A stretch of 63,562 bases of DNA, filler included, from Octopus bimaculoides (taxonomy: Eukaryota), in the NCBI RefSeq assembly GCF_001194135.2. It is 7 parts of 7 records of this genome, joined end to end, with 100 filler letters (N's around TTAATTAATTAA, not from the genome) between each part and the next. Parts side by side here need not be neighbours in the genome. Positions count along the whole stretch, not along the records: positions 45,035 to 61,799 come from NC_069003.1; positions 61,900 to 63,562 come from NC_069005.1; 5 more parts are not named here. One strand, 5' to 3'. Each line of letters opens with the position of its first letter. Within the stretch, counting starts at the first letter, position 1. A program made the position numbers and the translations under genes. This document shows, in pieces, positions 49,871-63,060 of this stretch. The notes below the pieces were generated by a model. That model made no database searches. It was not told the origin of the DNA and saw only the letters and a list, made by a program, of their open reading frames with translations.

Positions 49871-51571
49871 AAAAAGTGACCCGAAAATTTCTCCATTTCT
49901 GATGCTTCTTCTTCAGTATCAAAAGATCCTGATGATTCCCCTAAGACACTTAAAACGAGTGACTCACCTTTCTCTCCCTCTCTTCTTCCCCTCTCCTACC
50001 TTCTGTCTCTCCTATCTCTTTTCTCACTTCCATTTCCTCCCCTCCCCTTCACACACCTCCCTTCCTCTCATCCTCCCTTCCCACCCTGCTTTGGTCCATC
50101 CCTCCATCCCTTCTCTCCCCCGCCCTCCCTTTTCTCCTCCCTCTTCTATCTCATTCTCTACTCAGTCATCTCTTCTTCTCTCGTCCCATGTCACCCTTCT
50201 GTTTGACTGAGTGCCCAGATGAGAAATCGAGANNNNNNNNNNNNNNNNNNNNNNNNNNNNNNNNNNNNNNNNNNNNNNNNNNNNNNNNNNNNNNNNNNNN
50301 NNNNNNNNNNNNNNNNNNNNNNNNNNNNNNNNNNNNNNNNNNNNNNNNNNNNNNNNNNNNNNNNNNNNNNNNNNNNNNNNNNNNNNNNNNNNNNNNNNNN
50401 NNNNNNNNNNNNNNNNNNNNNNNNNNNNNNNNNNNNNNNNNNNNNNNNNNNNNNNNNNNNNNNNNNNNNNNNNNNNNNNNNNNNNNNNNNNNNNNNNNNN
50501 NNNNNNNNNNNNNNNNNNNNNNNNNNNNNNNNNNNNNNNNNNNNNNNNNNNNNNNNNNNNNNNNNNNNNNNNNNNNNNNNNNNNNNNNNNNNNNNNNNNN
50601 NNNNNNNNNNNNNNNNNNNNNNNNNNNNNNNNNNNNNNNNNNNNNNNNNNNNNNNNNNNNNNNNNNNNNNNNNNNNNNNNNNNNNNNNNNNNNNNNNNNN
50701 NNNNNNNNNNNNNNNNNNNNNNNNNNNNNNNNNNNNNNNNNNNNNNNNNNNNNNNNNNNNNNNNNNNNNNNNNNNNNNNNNNNNNNNNNNNNNNNNNNNN
50801 NNNNNNNNNNNNNNNNNNNNNNNNNNNNNNNNNNNNNNNNNNNNNNNNNNNNNNNNNNNNNNNNNNNNNNNNNNNNNNNNNNNNNNNNNNNNNNNNNNNN
50901 NNNNNNNNNNNNNNNNNNNNNNNNNNNNNNNNNNNNNNNNNNNNNNNNNNNNNNNNNNNNNNNNNNNNNNNNNNNNNNNNNNNNNNNNNNNNNNNNNNNN
51001 NNNNNNNNNNNNNNNNNNNNNNNNNNNNNNNNNNNNNNNNNNNNNNNNNNNNNNNNNNNNNNNNNNNNNNNNNNNNNNNNNNNNNNNNNNNNNNNNNNNN
51101 NNNNNNNNNNNNNNNNNNNNNNNNNNNNNNNNNNNNNNNNNNNNNNNNNNNNNNNNNNNNNNNNNNNNNNNNNNNNNNNTTGCATTTAAAAAAAAAGTCA
51201 ATTAATTATTCTGTCATAAAACCTTTGGTGTTTATTTAAATGTCCGTTAGTCTTTATAACATTCTCGGAGAGAGATCTTTCAAATGAAATGCAAATATTT
51301 TTTTTCTTTTAACATATCGGTTTCTATTTATTTTTATTGTTTATTATTTCACTGTACGATAATTATATTTATATTGTTTTTATTATGTTGTTTTATTATG
51401 ATTTTGTTTTTTGATTAATTGTTTGTGCTTGATTAAAGATTAATGGATGTTTTGAATGATATTTTGGAAGGAATTTTGCCTAAATAAATAGATTTTAATT
51501 CATCTGAGAACGAAGGACATTCTTGGGCAGCAAATTAGATTCCTTACCACAAGGCAAATTCTGTGTGTGAG

Positions 51572-51622
<51 letters not shown>

Positions 51623-51625
51623 ATA

Positions 51626-51671
<46 letters not shown>

Positions 51672-51673
51672 CA

Positions 51674-51724
<51 letters not shown>

Positions 51725-51743
51725 GAAAGAGAGAGAGATGGAA

Positions 51744-51817
<74 letters not shown>

Positions 51818-52254
51818 AGAGAAAGAGAGAGAGAGTGTGTGTGGAGGAAATGGTTTTCTTTTACCCCACCTTTCTTCAAACTCCCCTTCCTAATTGATAT
51901 TCGAGATCCAGAAATACAAACGAAATATGAAACAATACTAGTTCGAAACTTAGTATGACGTCATGGTACTATTCTTTCTTTCTTTCTTTCTTTCTCTGTT
52001 AATTAAAAACAAATATTTTTCTATATCACTCCTTCCCTATTCCCATGAACTTCCCAAAATGCAGCTGAAATACCTCGTTGCATGGTGGGTGTCTGTTTTT
52101 AAAGTACAATATAGTTTGCGGCGATGCAATACATTACAATACGGCTAATGGATCTTCGTCGGATTCGACGATAAAGATTCAGTTGTTCGATTAGTGGAAT
52201 TATTTGTTCACTGCATTAGTGTATAAGTGACTGAGTATTCCACAGATTTCGCTT

Positions 52255-52450
52255 TTGTTTTACTTGTTTCTGCTATTAGACTGCGGCCATGTTGGAGCAT
52301 CGCCTTGAAGAATTTTCATCTGAATGAATCGACCCCAGTAATTTTAATTTTTTTTTCAAAACCTGATACTTATTTTATCGGTCTCTTAGGCCGAACCGCT
52401 ATTTTCCGGAGATGTAAACACACCAACACCGGTTGCCAAACGGTGGTGAC
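52255..52450 (-). mobile_element. SINE family A 3' module
   Basis: GACTGCGGCCATGTTGGAGCATCGCCTTGAAG...GTAAACACACCAACACCGGTTG, then (CA)n and a gap. Confidence 0.8.
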
Positions 52451-52451
52451 A

Positions 52452-52494
<43 letters not shown>

Positions 52495-53659
52495 NNNNNN
52501 NNNNNNNNNNNNNNNNNNNNNNNNNNNNNNNNNNNNNNNNNNNNNNNNNNNNNNNNNNNNNNNNNNNNNNNNNNNNNNNNNNNNNNNNNNNNNNNNNNNN
52601 NNNNNNNNNNNNNNNNNNNNNNNNNNNNNNNNNNNNNNNNNNNNNNNNNNNNNNNNNNNNNNNNNNNNNNNNNNNNNNNNNNNNNNNNNNNNNNNNNNNN
52701 NNNNNNNNNNNNNNNNNNNNNNNNNNNNNNNNNNNNNNNNNNNNNNNNNNNNNNNNNNNNNNNNNNNNNNNNNNNNNNNNNNNNNNNNNNNNNNNNNNNN
52801 NNNNNNNNNNNNNNNNNNNNNNNNNNNNNNNNNNNNNNNNNNNNNNNNNNNNNNNNNNNNNNNNNNNNNNNNNNNNNNNNNNNNNNNNNNNNNNNNNNNN
52901 NNNNNNNNNNNNNNNNNNNNNNNNNNNNNNNNNNNNNNNNNNNNNNNNNNNNNNNNNNNNNNNNNNNNNNNNNNNNNNNNNNNNNNNNNNNNNNNNNNNN
53001 NNNNNNNNNNNNNNNNNNNNNNNNNNNNNNNNNNNNNNNNNNNNNNNNNNNNNNNNNNNNNNNNNNNNNNNNNNNNNNNNNNNNNNNNNNNNNNNNNNNN
53101 NNNNNNNNNNNNNNNNNNNNNNNNNNNNNNNNNNNNNNNNNNNNNNNNNNNNNNNNNNNNNNNNNNNNNNNNNNNNNNNNNNNNNNNNNNNNNNNNNNNN
53201 NNNNNNNNNNNNNNNNNNNNNNNNNNNNNNNNNNNNNNNNNNNNNNNNNNNNNNNNNNNNNNNNNNNNNNNNNNNNNNNNNNNNNNNNNNNNNNNNNNNN
53301 NNNNNNNNNNNNNNNNNNNNNNNNNNNNNNNNNNNNNNNNNNNNNNNNNNNNNNNNNNNNNNNNNNNNNNNNNNNNNNNNNNNNNNNNNNNNNNNNNNNN
53401 NNNNNNNNNNNNNNNNNNNNNNNNNNNNNNNNNNNNNNNNNNNNNNNNNNNNNNNNNNNNNNNNNNNNNNNNNNAAACAAGTAAAAAGAGTAAAAGAGTA
53501 AAAACAGAAAGAGAACCAGTGATCACATCATCTATGATATTGAAATTAAAAAATAAATACTGTTATAAAATTGCTCAATTGTCTTTGTAATTGTATTTTG
53601 GGTTTGAGAAATTGAGCGGTTTTCAGCATGCGTGTATATAGGTGGAAACGAGCTGCTTG

Positions 53660-53750
53660 GCAGAGGTCTGAAGAGGATGATATGACAAGCCTTGACTATT
53701 GGGATCGATTCAAAAAGCTCAGGCTTTGCTCCCTCCACTGCCGCTGTGAA
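53660..53750 (+). mobile_element. CR1/L2-like LINE C-terminal fragment
   Basis: MTSLDYWDRFKKLRLCSLHCRCE resembles LSYWERLxxLxLYSLQRRRE. Confidence 0.55.
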
Positions 53751-54661
53751 ACTAGCTTGCTGTTGTCATTGATGTATTATAACTGCTTCAGATGAAACCT
53801 GTTTTTAAAGATTAAAAAAAAAAATCATAATTGTATTTCAGGTTTTCTCACTTCTCGGAACACAAGATTAATTTCTGTTCATGAAAGGAAAACAAGTGAA
53901 ACAAAATATTGTGTCCAAGGGCTTCCACAAGAGTCTTCAGTTTCTGCCATTTAATTCTTATTCTTTTCAGATTATTTTCTGTCATGTCTTGCTGATGACG
54001 GTCTTGACCTATTTACTTCGTCAAGCGTTTTTTAATCACAATCAAATTTAGGCTCTGTTCTATTTGCAGTAAAACCGCGGAACAAAAATGGAAACATTTA
54101 AAGCTCTTTAAAACGCAATTAATTTCTTTTTATAATTCAAATCTATTAATCATCGATGCAATGAAATATTTGTAATGAATCAATTATTAATTCAGCTAAA
54201 ATCTATCAACCTCCTTGGTATTTGATTTAAATGAGATTTAAACTGGGAAACACATCCTAAGTGTTGAACAAAATGAATGATCGTAGTATGATCTTAAATA
54301 TATCAACACTACATAATAAGGTATTATTAATACTAAATTAAAATAGTTGTTTCTTGGAAGAAGAGGTAATTGTGCAGATTATCTAGAAATGATTAGAAAA
54401 AGTTTTACTCAAATAAGAAAAAGAAAGAAGTAAAGCAATACATCAAACTGTTTATAAAGCGCTTTTCCTAATAGCTATTTTTAAAAAATAGAACATGATT
54501 TACCGTGATTCATTAATCAAGAGAAGAATCTCGGAATTACAAAATACTAATTTTTTAATTAGAAAAGGAAGATATATAATATTTGGTAATGTCTTTGGGA
54601 AGAATAAGTAAATAATTACTTTGGAGGAAACAAAACAAAAAATAATTACAGCAACCACAAT

Positions 54662-54872
54662 AATCTACTAAAGGCACAAGGCCTGAAATTTTAGGGGAGG
54701 GGGCTAGTCGATTACATCGACCTAAGTGTTTCACTTGTACTTAATTTATCGACCCCCTAAAGGATGAAAGGCAAAGTCGACTTCGGAGGAATTTGAACTC
54801 AGAACGTAAAGACGGACGAAATGCCGCTAAGTAATTTGCCCGGCGTTCTAACGATTCTGCCAGCTTGCTGCC
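54662..54872 (-). mobile_element. SINE family B, near complete
   Basis: Minus strand GGCAGCAAGCTGGCAGAATCGTTAGAACGCCGGGC...TTCTGAGTTCAAATTCC...GCCTTGTGCCTTTAGTAG. Confidence 0.85.
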
Positions 54873-54874
54873 TT

Positions 54875-54910
<36 letters not shown>

Positions 54911-55322
54911 AATGAATCTGTCGTATTCTAAAATCCCCAGATAATTATATCCATTAGTCTCATTATCCTTGATTTTTCTCGCCGTTTGGTAGCTCTACAA
55001 CTTCAGGCGATACTACTTTGCTTCTTTGTATTATAAGTATACCACACTTTTTAGTCCCAAATTCCATTCCGATATCCTTATCGACACTGTTGAAACTAGG
55101 CCGTTTATTTCACGTTCGCTCTTTCCAAAGATTTTAAAATCATCCATATATAACAGATGACTTAATTTTGCTCAATTTTTCAAGGTGTACCCCAATGTCA
55201 CTTTCCCTTGTAGCTGTGTGAGGGGTATCATACAAATCACAAACAGCAATGGTGATAGGTTATCTCCTTGAAATATGGTTCTCTTGATGTTAACTGTCGC
55301 CCCAAATTTTCCACATGAAGTT

Positions 55323-55390
<68 letters not shown>

Positions 55391-55419
55391 GTAATAGTAA
55401 TAATAATGATAATAATCCT

Positions 55420-55593
55420 TTCTACTCTAGGCACAAGGCACGAAATTTTTTGGGGAGGAGCCTGTCGATTAGACCGACCCTAGTACGCAAGTGGGAGTTA
55501 ATTTATCGACTCCGAAAGAATGAAAGGCAAAGTCGACCTTGGTGGAATTTGAACTCAGAACGTAAGCATTTCTCCCGGTGTGCTAACGTTTCT
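55420..55593 (-). mobile_element. SINE family B
   Basis: GAAAGGCAAAGTCGACCTTGGTGGAATTTGAACTCAGAACGTAA. Confidence 0.8.
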
Positions 55594-55829
55594 NNNNNNN
55601 NNNNNNNNNNNNNNNNNNNNNNNNNNNNNNNNNNNNNNNNNNNNNNNNNNNNNNNNNNNNNNNNNNNNNNNNNNNNNNNNNNNNNNNNNNNNNNNNNNNN
55701 NNNNNNNNNNNNNNNNNNNNNNNNNNNNNNNNNNNNNNNNNNNNNNNNNNNNNNNNNNNNNNNNNTAATAATATGCCTAGGGTCCAAATATATGGTACCC
55801 TAGGCATAACACCTACATGAACTTCTAAC

Positions 55830-55902
55830 TTGTTGTCTCTTGAGGTCTCTGGGTGAGACTTGGATCCAACTTGTACAAATGCAAAACAAAAGTCAAACAT
55901 AA

Positions 55903-55905
<3 letters not shown>
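55830..55905 (+). mobile_element. Probable R4/Dong 3' UTR tip ending in (AAT)n
   Basis: ...GAGGTCTCTGGGTGAGACTTGG...CAAAAGTCAAACATAAAATAATAAT; assignment from recall of this repeat plus the TAA tail. Confidence 0.45.
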
Positions 55906-55966
<61 letters not shown>

Positions 55967-55969
<3 letters not shown>

Positions 55970-56160
55970 TTTGATAAATATGTCGGAGAAAATGGAATTG
56001 ATATGAGGATAGAACATGCTCAAAAAACAAAAAAAGCAAAACTGCTCAATTGGAGACAGCGAGGATTTCGAGATTGGTATTTGGGTGTTAAGAATCATGG
56101 AAAGAGGCCATGTGAGACCCTTGACAACAACAGGTTGTTGTCCACTTTTGCATAATTAAA
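55967..56160 (+). mobile_element. R4/Dong ORF 3' end
   Basis: FDKYVGENGIDMRIEHAQKT..LL, then after a frameshift (T)ARISRLVFGC*, paralleling LEKYVEQI...HLQKTALLGTARILRKVL at 4904-5000; starts directly after (AAT)n. Confidence 0.65.
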
Positions 56161-56654
56161 CGAAGCAAATAAAATTGAGAGCTCTGAGCAGTGAAAAGTA
56201 AATATTGATAACTAAATTCAGTGAGAATGTGTATAGGAGTGTATCTTAATATAGTATTGCGCAAAACATAGAACTCATTGTAAATATTCGGCCTTAACAC
56301 AATATCAAAATATCAAAATATTTGCACAAATATCAAGTGTTGAATATATAAACAATGTGGTTGTGTCATAAGGTTTAGTATAAATGCTCGACCTGTTTAA
56401 GGAAGTTGGGTAGTTGAGTGTAGAGAGAAAAATATTGTGCCACTTATTAATTTAATGTTATTGCAGAATGTTGTACACAGATAAGACTGTATTAAGTGGA
56501 AGAGCTAACTGCAAATCAGGAACAGAATATAGAAAGCAAAACAATGTAATACTATAGATATATTAGTTCGATACAGCAAAGTGTAATATAGTGCAATACA
56601 GTGCAATGTTGCATGAGATTGCAACATGGTGCAATATAACACAACACTATAATA

Positions 56655-56828
56655 ATTCTGGCCCAAGACCAGAAATTTGGCGGGTGGAATGATTCGTTTT
56701 TAATTTGTCGACTCCGAAAGGCTAAAAGGCAAAGTCTACCTCGGTGGCTTTTTGAACTCAGGGCATAAAGACGGATGAAATGCAGCTATTTTGCCCGGTG
56801 TGCTTACGATTCTGCCAGCTCACTACCT

Positions 56829-56830
<2 letters not shown>
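56655..56830 (-). mobile_element. SINE family B
   Basis: GACTCCGAAAGGCTAAAAGGCAAAGTC...TTGAACTCAG...CGATTCTGCCAGCTCACTACC. Confidence 0.75.
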
Positions 56831-56909
<79 letters not shown>

Positions 56910-56910
<1 letters not shown>

Positions 56911-57044
56911 CACACGCCAGAAAAGGTCACAGAAAACGAGAAAGCAACCATACTCTGGGATATGCCAATACACACATATAGAGAAATTAAGGCAAATAGA
57001 CCAGATATAGTTGTCAAAGATCATGAAGAAAAAAAATGCTTTCT
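56910..57044 (+). mobile_element. R4/Dong REL fragment
   Basis: [44 protein letters not shown], directly after (AAT)n. Confidence 0.9.
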
Positions 57045-57987
57045 NNNNNNNNNNNNNNNNNNNNNNNNNNNNNNNNNNNNNNNNNNNNNNNNNNNNNNNN
57101 NNNNNNNNNNNNNNNNNNNNNNNNNNNNNNNNNNNNNNNNNNNNNNNNNNNNNNNNNNNNNNNNNNNNNNNNNNNNNNNNNNNNNNNNNNNNNNNNNNNN
57201 NNNNNNNNNNNNNNNNNNNNNNNNNNNNNNNNNNNNNNNNNNNNNNNNNNNNNNNNNNNNNNNNNNNNNNNNNNNNNNNNNNNNNNNNNNNNNNNNNNNN
57301 NNNNNNNNNNNNNNNNNNNNNNNNNNNNNNNNNNNNNNNNNNNNNNNNNNNNNNNNNNNNNNNNNNNNNNNNNNNNNNNNNNNNNNNNNNNNNNNNNNNN
57401 NNNNNNNNNNNNNNNNNNNNNNNNNNNNNNNNNNNNNNNNNNNNNNNNNNNNNNNNNNNNNNNNNNNNNNNNNNNNNNNNNNNNNNNNNNNNNNNNNNNN
57501 NNNNNNNNNNNNNNNNNNNNNNNNNNNNNNNNNNNNNNNNNNNNNNNNNNNNNNNNNNNNNNNNNNNNNNNNNNNNNNNNNNNNNNNNNNNNNNNNNNNN
57601 NNNNNNNNNNNNNNNNNNNNNNNNNNNNNNNNNNNNNNNNNNNNNNNNNNNNNNNNNNNNNNNNNNNNNNNNNNNNNNNNNNNNNNNNNNNNNNNNNNNN
57701 NNNNNNNNNNNNNNNNNNNNNNNNNNNNNNNNNNNNNNNNNNNNNNNNNNNNNNNNNNNNNNNNNNNNNNNNNNNNNNNNNNNNNNNNNNNNNNNNNNNN
57801 NNNNNNNNNNNNNNNNNNNNNNNNNNNNNNNNNNNNNNNNNNNNNNNNNNNNNNNNNNNNNNNNNNNNNNNNNNNNNNNNNNNNNNNNNNNNNNNNNNNN
57901 NNNNNNNNNNNNNNNNNNNNNNNNNNNNNNNNNNNNNNNNNNNNNNNNNNNNNNNNNNNNNNNNNNNNNNNNNNNNNNNNNNNNNNN

Positions 57988-58289
57988 GTGAGTGTTTATT
58001 GAACGAAAACACCTAGAGTTCCACAAGGCTCCGGCAGGGGATGGTGGCAAACCCTGCTGTACTCTTCCACCACAACTTTCTCTCACTCTTACTTCCTGTT
58101 TCTGTTGTGCTTGTAATTCAAAGGGTCAGCCTTGTCACACTGTATCACGCTGAATCTCCCCGAGAACTACGTTAAGGGTACACGTGTCTGTGGAGTGCTC
58201 AGCCACTTGCACGTTAATTTCACGAGCAGGCTGTTCCGTTGATCGGATCAACTGGAACCCTCGTCGTCGTAACCGACGGAGTGCCAACA
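57988..58289 (+). mobile_element. SINE family C (head lost in gap)
   Basis: Close match to the reverse complement of 13818-14202. Confidence 0.9.
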
Positions 58290-58742
58290 TATATGTTACA
58301 ATTTAATACCATACAATACCACACAGTACGTACACGATACTGTAATGCCATACTTTGCAACACGGTAAGTCATATTTACTCTATCGCACCATATATATGA
58401 CAGTCACCGAGTACAATACGTGATGGTAATGATAGTCATATAAGTGATAATGAAGATGTTGATGGGGGCAATGAGGATGATGGTGATGATGATGGCAACC
58501 ACGGCGTTGGTAGTGACATCAGTGATGGTGAAGATGTTGATGATGGTGGTGGAGTTGGCGCTGGTAGTGGTAGTGACGGCGCTGACGATGTTGATTGTGG
58601 CAGTGGAGATATTAGTAACAACAGAATCGAGAGGTTATTAAGCTGTACAACTCTTGTTTATTCCTGATATTAGTCCAGCTATTGGTTCTCTCTTGCTTAA
58701 GTAACACTAGATTAGCTCGTTGATTTTACTGGTGTGTGTGTA

Positions 58743-58793
<51 letters not shown>

Positions 58794-59222
58794 ATGTGTG
58801 TGTCGTATGCACGCATGTACAAACTAATTCTTGCACATATAGACAGATACACTTACAGACACACACACAAGCTCAAACAAACGCATACATGTACACATAC
58901 ATATATAACGAATGAATATATNNNNNNNNNNNNNNNNNNNNNNNNNNNNNNNNNNNNNNNNNNNNNNNNNNNNNNNNNNNNNNNNNNNNNNNNNNNNNNN
59001 NNNNNNNNNNNNNNNNNNNNNNNNNNNNNNNNNNNNNNNNNNNNNNNNNNNNNNNNNNNNNNNNNNNNNNNNNNNNNNNNNNNNNNNNNNNNNNNNNNNN
59101 NNNNNNNNNNNNNNNNNNNNNNNNNNNNNNNNNNNNNNNNNNNNNNNNNNNNNNNNNNNNNNNNNNNNNNNNNNNNNNNNNNNNNNNNNNNNNNNNNNNN
59201 NNNNNNNNNNNNNNNNNNNNNN

Positions 59223-59264
<42 letters not shown>

Positions 59265-60052
59265 TATATATATATATATAATCTGTCTTTGTGTGTATGT
59301 ATGTGTATATATATATGTATGAATATATATATATACTTATACGTATATATATATGTATATATATATGTATTTGTGTATTTGTGTATATTTGTGTATTTGT
59401 GTATATACATATATATAGACACACATATATACATACATACAAATATATATTATATATATATATGCATGCATAAAAGCTCAAATGTACAAACTACAGATCC
59501 AGTGCATACAGAGAGATGCACACACACAGAGAGACGGACATACACGCACTAGCAAACGCATACACACACACACCTGTACAGATGAATACATATAGACACC
59601 CACACATACACACAGTTACTGACACACACACACTCACACACTTACACAAACACACTCTCACACACGCACACTCTCACACACACGCATGCACGCATACACA
59701 CAACACATGCATACTCACACACATTCAAACACACACACATACAGACCCACACACACATACAAACACACACTAGCTCAAAAGCCGATCTTCCGTTTTTCTC
59801 TTTTAAAAGCTTAAATATTTACCTTAAAACCCATTTAAAACATTTACTGTCTGTTGAAAACTACAACAACAACAGACACAACAACAACAACAACAACAAC
59901 AATAAAAAATCTTCAATACAATAGAAAAATAAGCAAAAACAAATGACAGAACAAAAGCAAAAACATACAATAGCAGCAACAACAATAAGAAGCTAGCATT
60001 TCACATCTTCACTGTTATAAATAGAAATAACAATGTTTATGAAACCGAAACA

Positions 60053-60118
<66 letters not shown>

Positions 60119-60235
60119 CACGGGCACGCGCACACACACACACTCTCACGTATACACTCATTTATAATATACAAACAAAAGTAGGGCTTTGAGGATTCAC
60201 CCTTTCATCAGAAATACCATGCAATGTGACTTTAA

Positions 60236-60451
60236 CCCTTTAGCATTCAGATTATTCTGACACATGTAATGCTTATTCATTACCAATGTTTTGAATTAAT
60301 CATGGATTATCTCATAGCTTCGATATTTCAATGATGTAGTTGTTTATTTTTAGAGTGACAGTGTCGGGTAGGTGTAAAAGACCAGATCTGGCTGGTTTGA
60401 ACATAAAACAAGAATATGTAGGCCAATGTGGCCGGTTTAAACGCTAAAGAG
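60236..60451. mobile_element. piggyBac-type MITE
   Basis: TTAA|CCCTTTAGCATT ... AACGCTAAAGAG|CTAA: TIRs match 10/12; TTAA-like target site. Confidence 0.6.
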
Positions 60452-60560
60452 CTAAGAAATTTACAATGTAATGGGTACATTTTCCAAGATAGAATGGCCA
60501 AGAACTATTTGTGAAGGTCTTTTAAATTTAAAGAAGCTCTCCTTCACTACTAAGATGGCT

Positions 60561-60614
60561 GAATCGTTTGTTGAAGGCTAACCATGCGCTTGAAACTCAG
60601 AGTACCAACGATTC
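60561..60614 (+). ncRNA. Inactivated hammerhead remnant
   Basis: GAATCGTT-TGTTGA-AGGC(taaccatgc)GCTT-GAA-ACTC-A-GAGT-A-CC-AACGATTC: 8-bp stem I pairing; same ACTCAGAGT stem III as 21099-21138; core lacks C3 and has A6T. Confidence 0.45.
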
Positions 60615-60733
60615 TGAATCGAACTGTTTTTATGTATGTATGTATCTATCTATCTGTACACATGTATATTATACATGCATATACATAAGTATATACATGT
60701 AAGTATATATTACAGCGCGTGCACATGCATATA

Positions 60734-60796
<63 letters not shown>

Positions 60797-61419
60797 TCCT
60801 GAGTAAAAGAGGGGGGGGGGAAAGAGAAGTTAAAGGGGAAGTAAATGTGCGACAGAGAAACCATGGTGAATATTGTATTATGTGAAAGTAAAACTAATTT
60901 TCAGGAACAACATCGTTTGTAATTACCCGGAATTGTTCTGAACCAAAACAATCATCTTTGAAAATATCCAAATCTCCAACTGTTATCATAGCCGCGTCAA
61001 ATGAACGACAGCAACGAACACATTTCGAAATGACATCGAGATATGAACGAAAATGTAAACCTAAACAATAACCACACAGGACAGCGGCAAGAATTTCCTT
61101 TAGCATCTGTAAATAAATGAGAGGAAATATAAGATAGTAGGATGAAATAACTATTATAAAATGGATGACATTGTCAGTTTTGGAGAAGCGTATAAAGTTG
61201 GCGTAAGTTCTGTGTTGTCATAACGGTTTGATTTGCTTGCTTTTTCGATTTGATTTTGGTGGTTCGTAATGCAAAACGAAGACAGCAAAAAAGGATTGTA
61301 AGAATAGCTAGCAGCAGCAATTATGACTATAATAATGACAATCCTTTCTACTACAGAACGAAACATGATAGTTTGAGGAGAGTACAGTAACTATGATCAT
61401 AATAATGAGTTCATATTTT

Positions 61420-61535
61420 GGCACAAAGCCAGCAATTTCCAAGGATGCGGAAGTCGATTGCATCGACGCCCTGGTCTCAGCTGGTGCTTATTTTATCAAC
61501 TCCGAAAGAATGAAAGGCAATGTCGACCCCGGTAG
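61420..61535 (-). mobile_element. SINE family B body
   Basis: GTCGATTGCATCGAC...CTGGTGCTTATTTTATCAACTCCGAAAGAATGAAAGGC. Confidence 0.7.
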
Positions 61536-61732
61536 CATGAAGGTTCGACGTATGAAGGTTCGACGTATGAAGGTTCGACAATTTCTCACCGAACAACCAC
61601 ACAGATGATTTGTTTATAGTGATCAAATGTCTGTGTATATGCATGTATACCTATGTATCTATTTGTCTACATATATGTATGCGTCTATATATAAGTATAA
61701 ATATAATATAAATATAATCTTTTATTGTTATA

Positions 61733-61764
<32 letters not shown>

Positions 61765-61904
61765 CATGCATACACGCACACGCACACACACACGCGCGCN
61801 NNNNNNNNNNNNNNNNNNNNNNNNNNNNNNNNNNNNNNNNNNNTTAATTAATTAANNNNNNNNNNNNNNNNNNNNNNNNNNNNNNNNNNNNNNNNNNNNA
61901 TATA

Positions 61905-62062
61905 TTGGCACCATTGACGTTGCAACTGATTTCTATAGCTGAATGAAGTGGAGATATAAAGTGGCTTGCTCAAGAACACAACAGATATCCCAGTCCAGGA
62001 ATTGAACTCACTACCTCGTGTTTGTGAGCACAACGCTCTCACCACTGAGCCATGCGCCATCA
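61905..62062 (-). mobile_element. tRNA-derived SINE (family E-related)
   Basis: Minus-strand head GTGATGGCGCATGGCTCAGTGGTGAGAGCG...GAGTTCAATTCC; GTGTTCTTGAGCAAG body. Confidence 0.75.
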
Positions 62063-62759
62063 CATATATACTATAAGTTTGTTTTTAAACATCGAACAGC
62101 GAGTAGGGTCCAACCACCAAAATAAGAACCAAAGGTGTTCCATCGACAAAACATGGTCGTGAACCACTGTTCTACACCCTATTCTAGACCATACTGATTT
62201 ATTTTAGATTAACAGAGAGCCGTTTGCAATGTCACCAGCTCATATACTAAATTGTTCCATAGTTTTGTAACCATTCCTTCTATAAGACTAACATTACGCA
62301 TATCTGATAGGAATAGTTCCAATGCCAGAAGTCCACAATTAAAATGTTTCCTGTGAAAGGTGCCATTCCAAGAATGTTAGTCACAGGGTTGTACTTTATA
62401 GGCCCCATTCCTACAAGAATTTACTCCAGACTTCCTCTTGCAAACAATTCTTCGTTAAATGTATCGTTATTACAATATCAGATCGCAAACACCAACATTA
62501 AAAATACCTTACGACAGAATAAAGGCACCATTACTACTATAACATAGATCAAACAAGTACAATCCATCCCTTTATCCACCCGTCCATCCACATATCCCTC
62601 CATACATCTTTGTCTACTGTTCGTGGGGAGGTTGTGGAAGTAAAATCCTAAAACATCTTCTCCATAGGATCCTGTCATAAGCAACCGTTATTACACTTTC
62701 CGGTTGGATTCCCAAGTGTGACTAACTGAGACCATGGATACAATCCAATCATCTTCTCC

Positions 62760-63060
62760 GGCCACCATTCGTGGCTTGTTCTGAGGGTTAGAGTCATCAG
62801 GCACTTCCTCCACAGGATCCTACATGAAGCATCCGTCATTAAACTTTCCAGCTGGATCTCGAAGCGTGACCAACCGACACCATGGATATTACTCAGCCAT
62901 CTCATTCTTGATCTTGCTCTAGGTTTTCTTGCTAGTTGCCTCAGTTTGAAGAATCAGTTTCGCGATTCTTTCCTGAGAGATTGTAATCAAATGTCCGTAA
63001 TACCGGAGCTTGAACTCTCAATGCAGCGAAGTAGCGGATCGACATTTCGAGTAATACTCC
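62760..63060 (-). mobile_element. RTE-clade LINE 3' remnant
   Basis: KLRYYGHLITISQERIAKLILQTEATSKKT, frameshift, ARSRMRWLSNI...DASCRILWRKC matches the RTE pattern LRYFGH...GR.R.RW.D.I...DR..WR. Confidence 0.72.

Noticed and set aside
55772-55806. ATGCCTAGGGT...ACCCTAGGCAT short inverted repeat
   Set aside because: Sits at a gap edge; could be a fold-back assembly artefact and is too short to interpret.
60183-60215. Minus-strand CTGATGA-A-AGG(gtgaat)CCT-CAAA-GCCCTA
   Set aside because: Core start and stem II fit, but GAAA is mutated and stems I and III do not pair.
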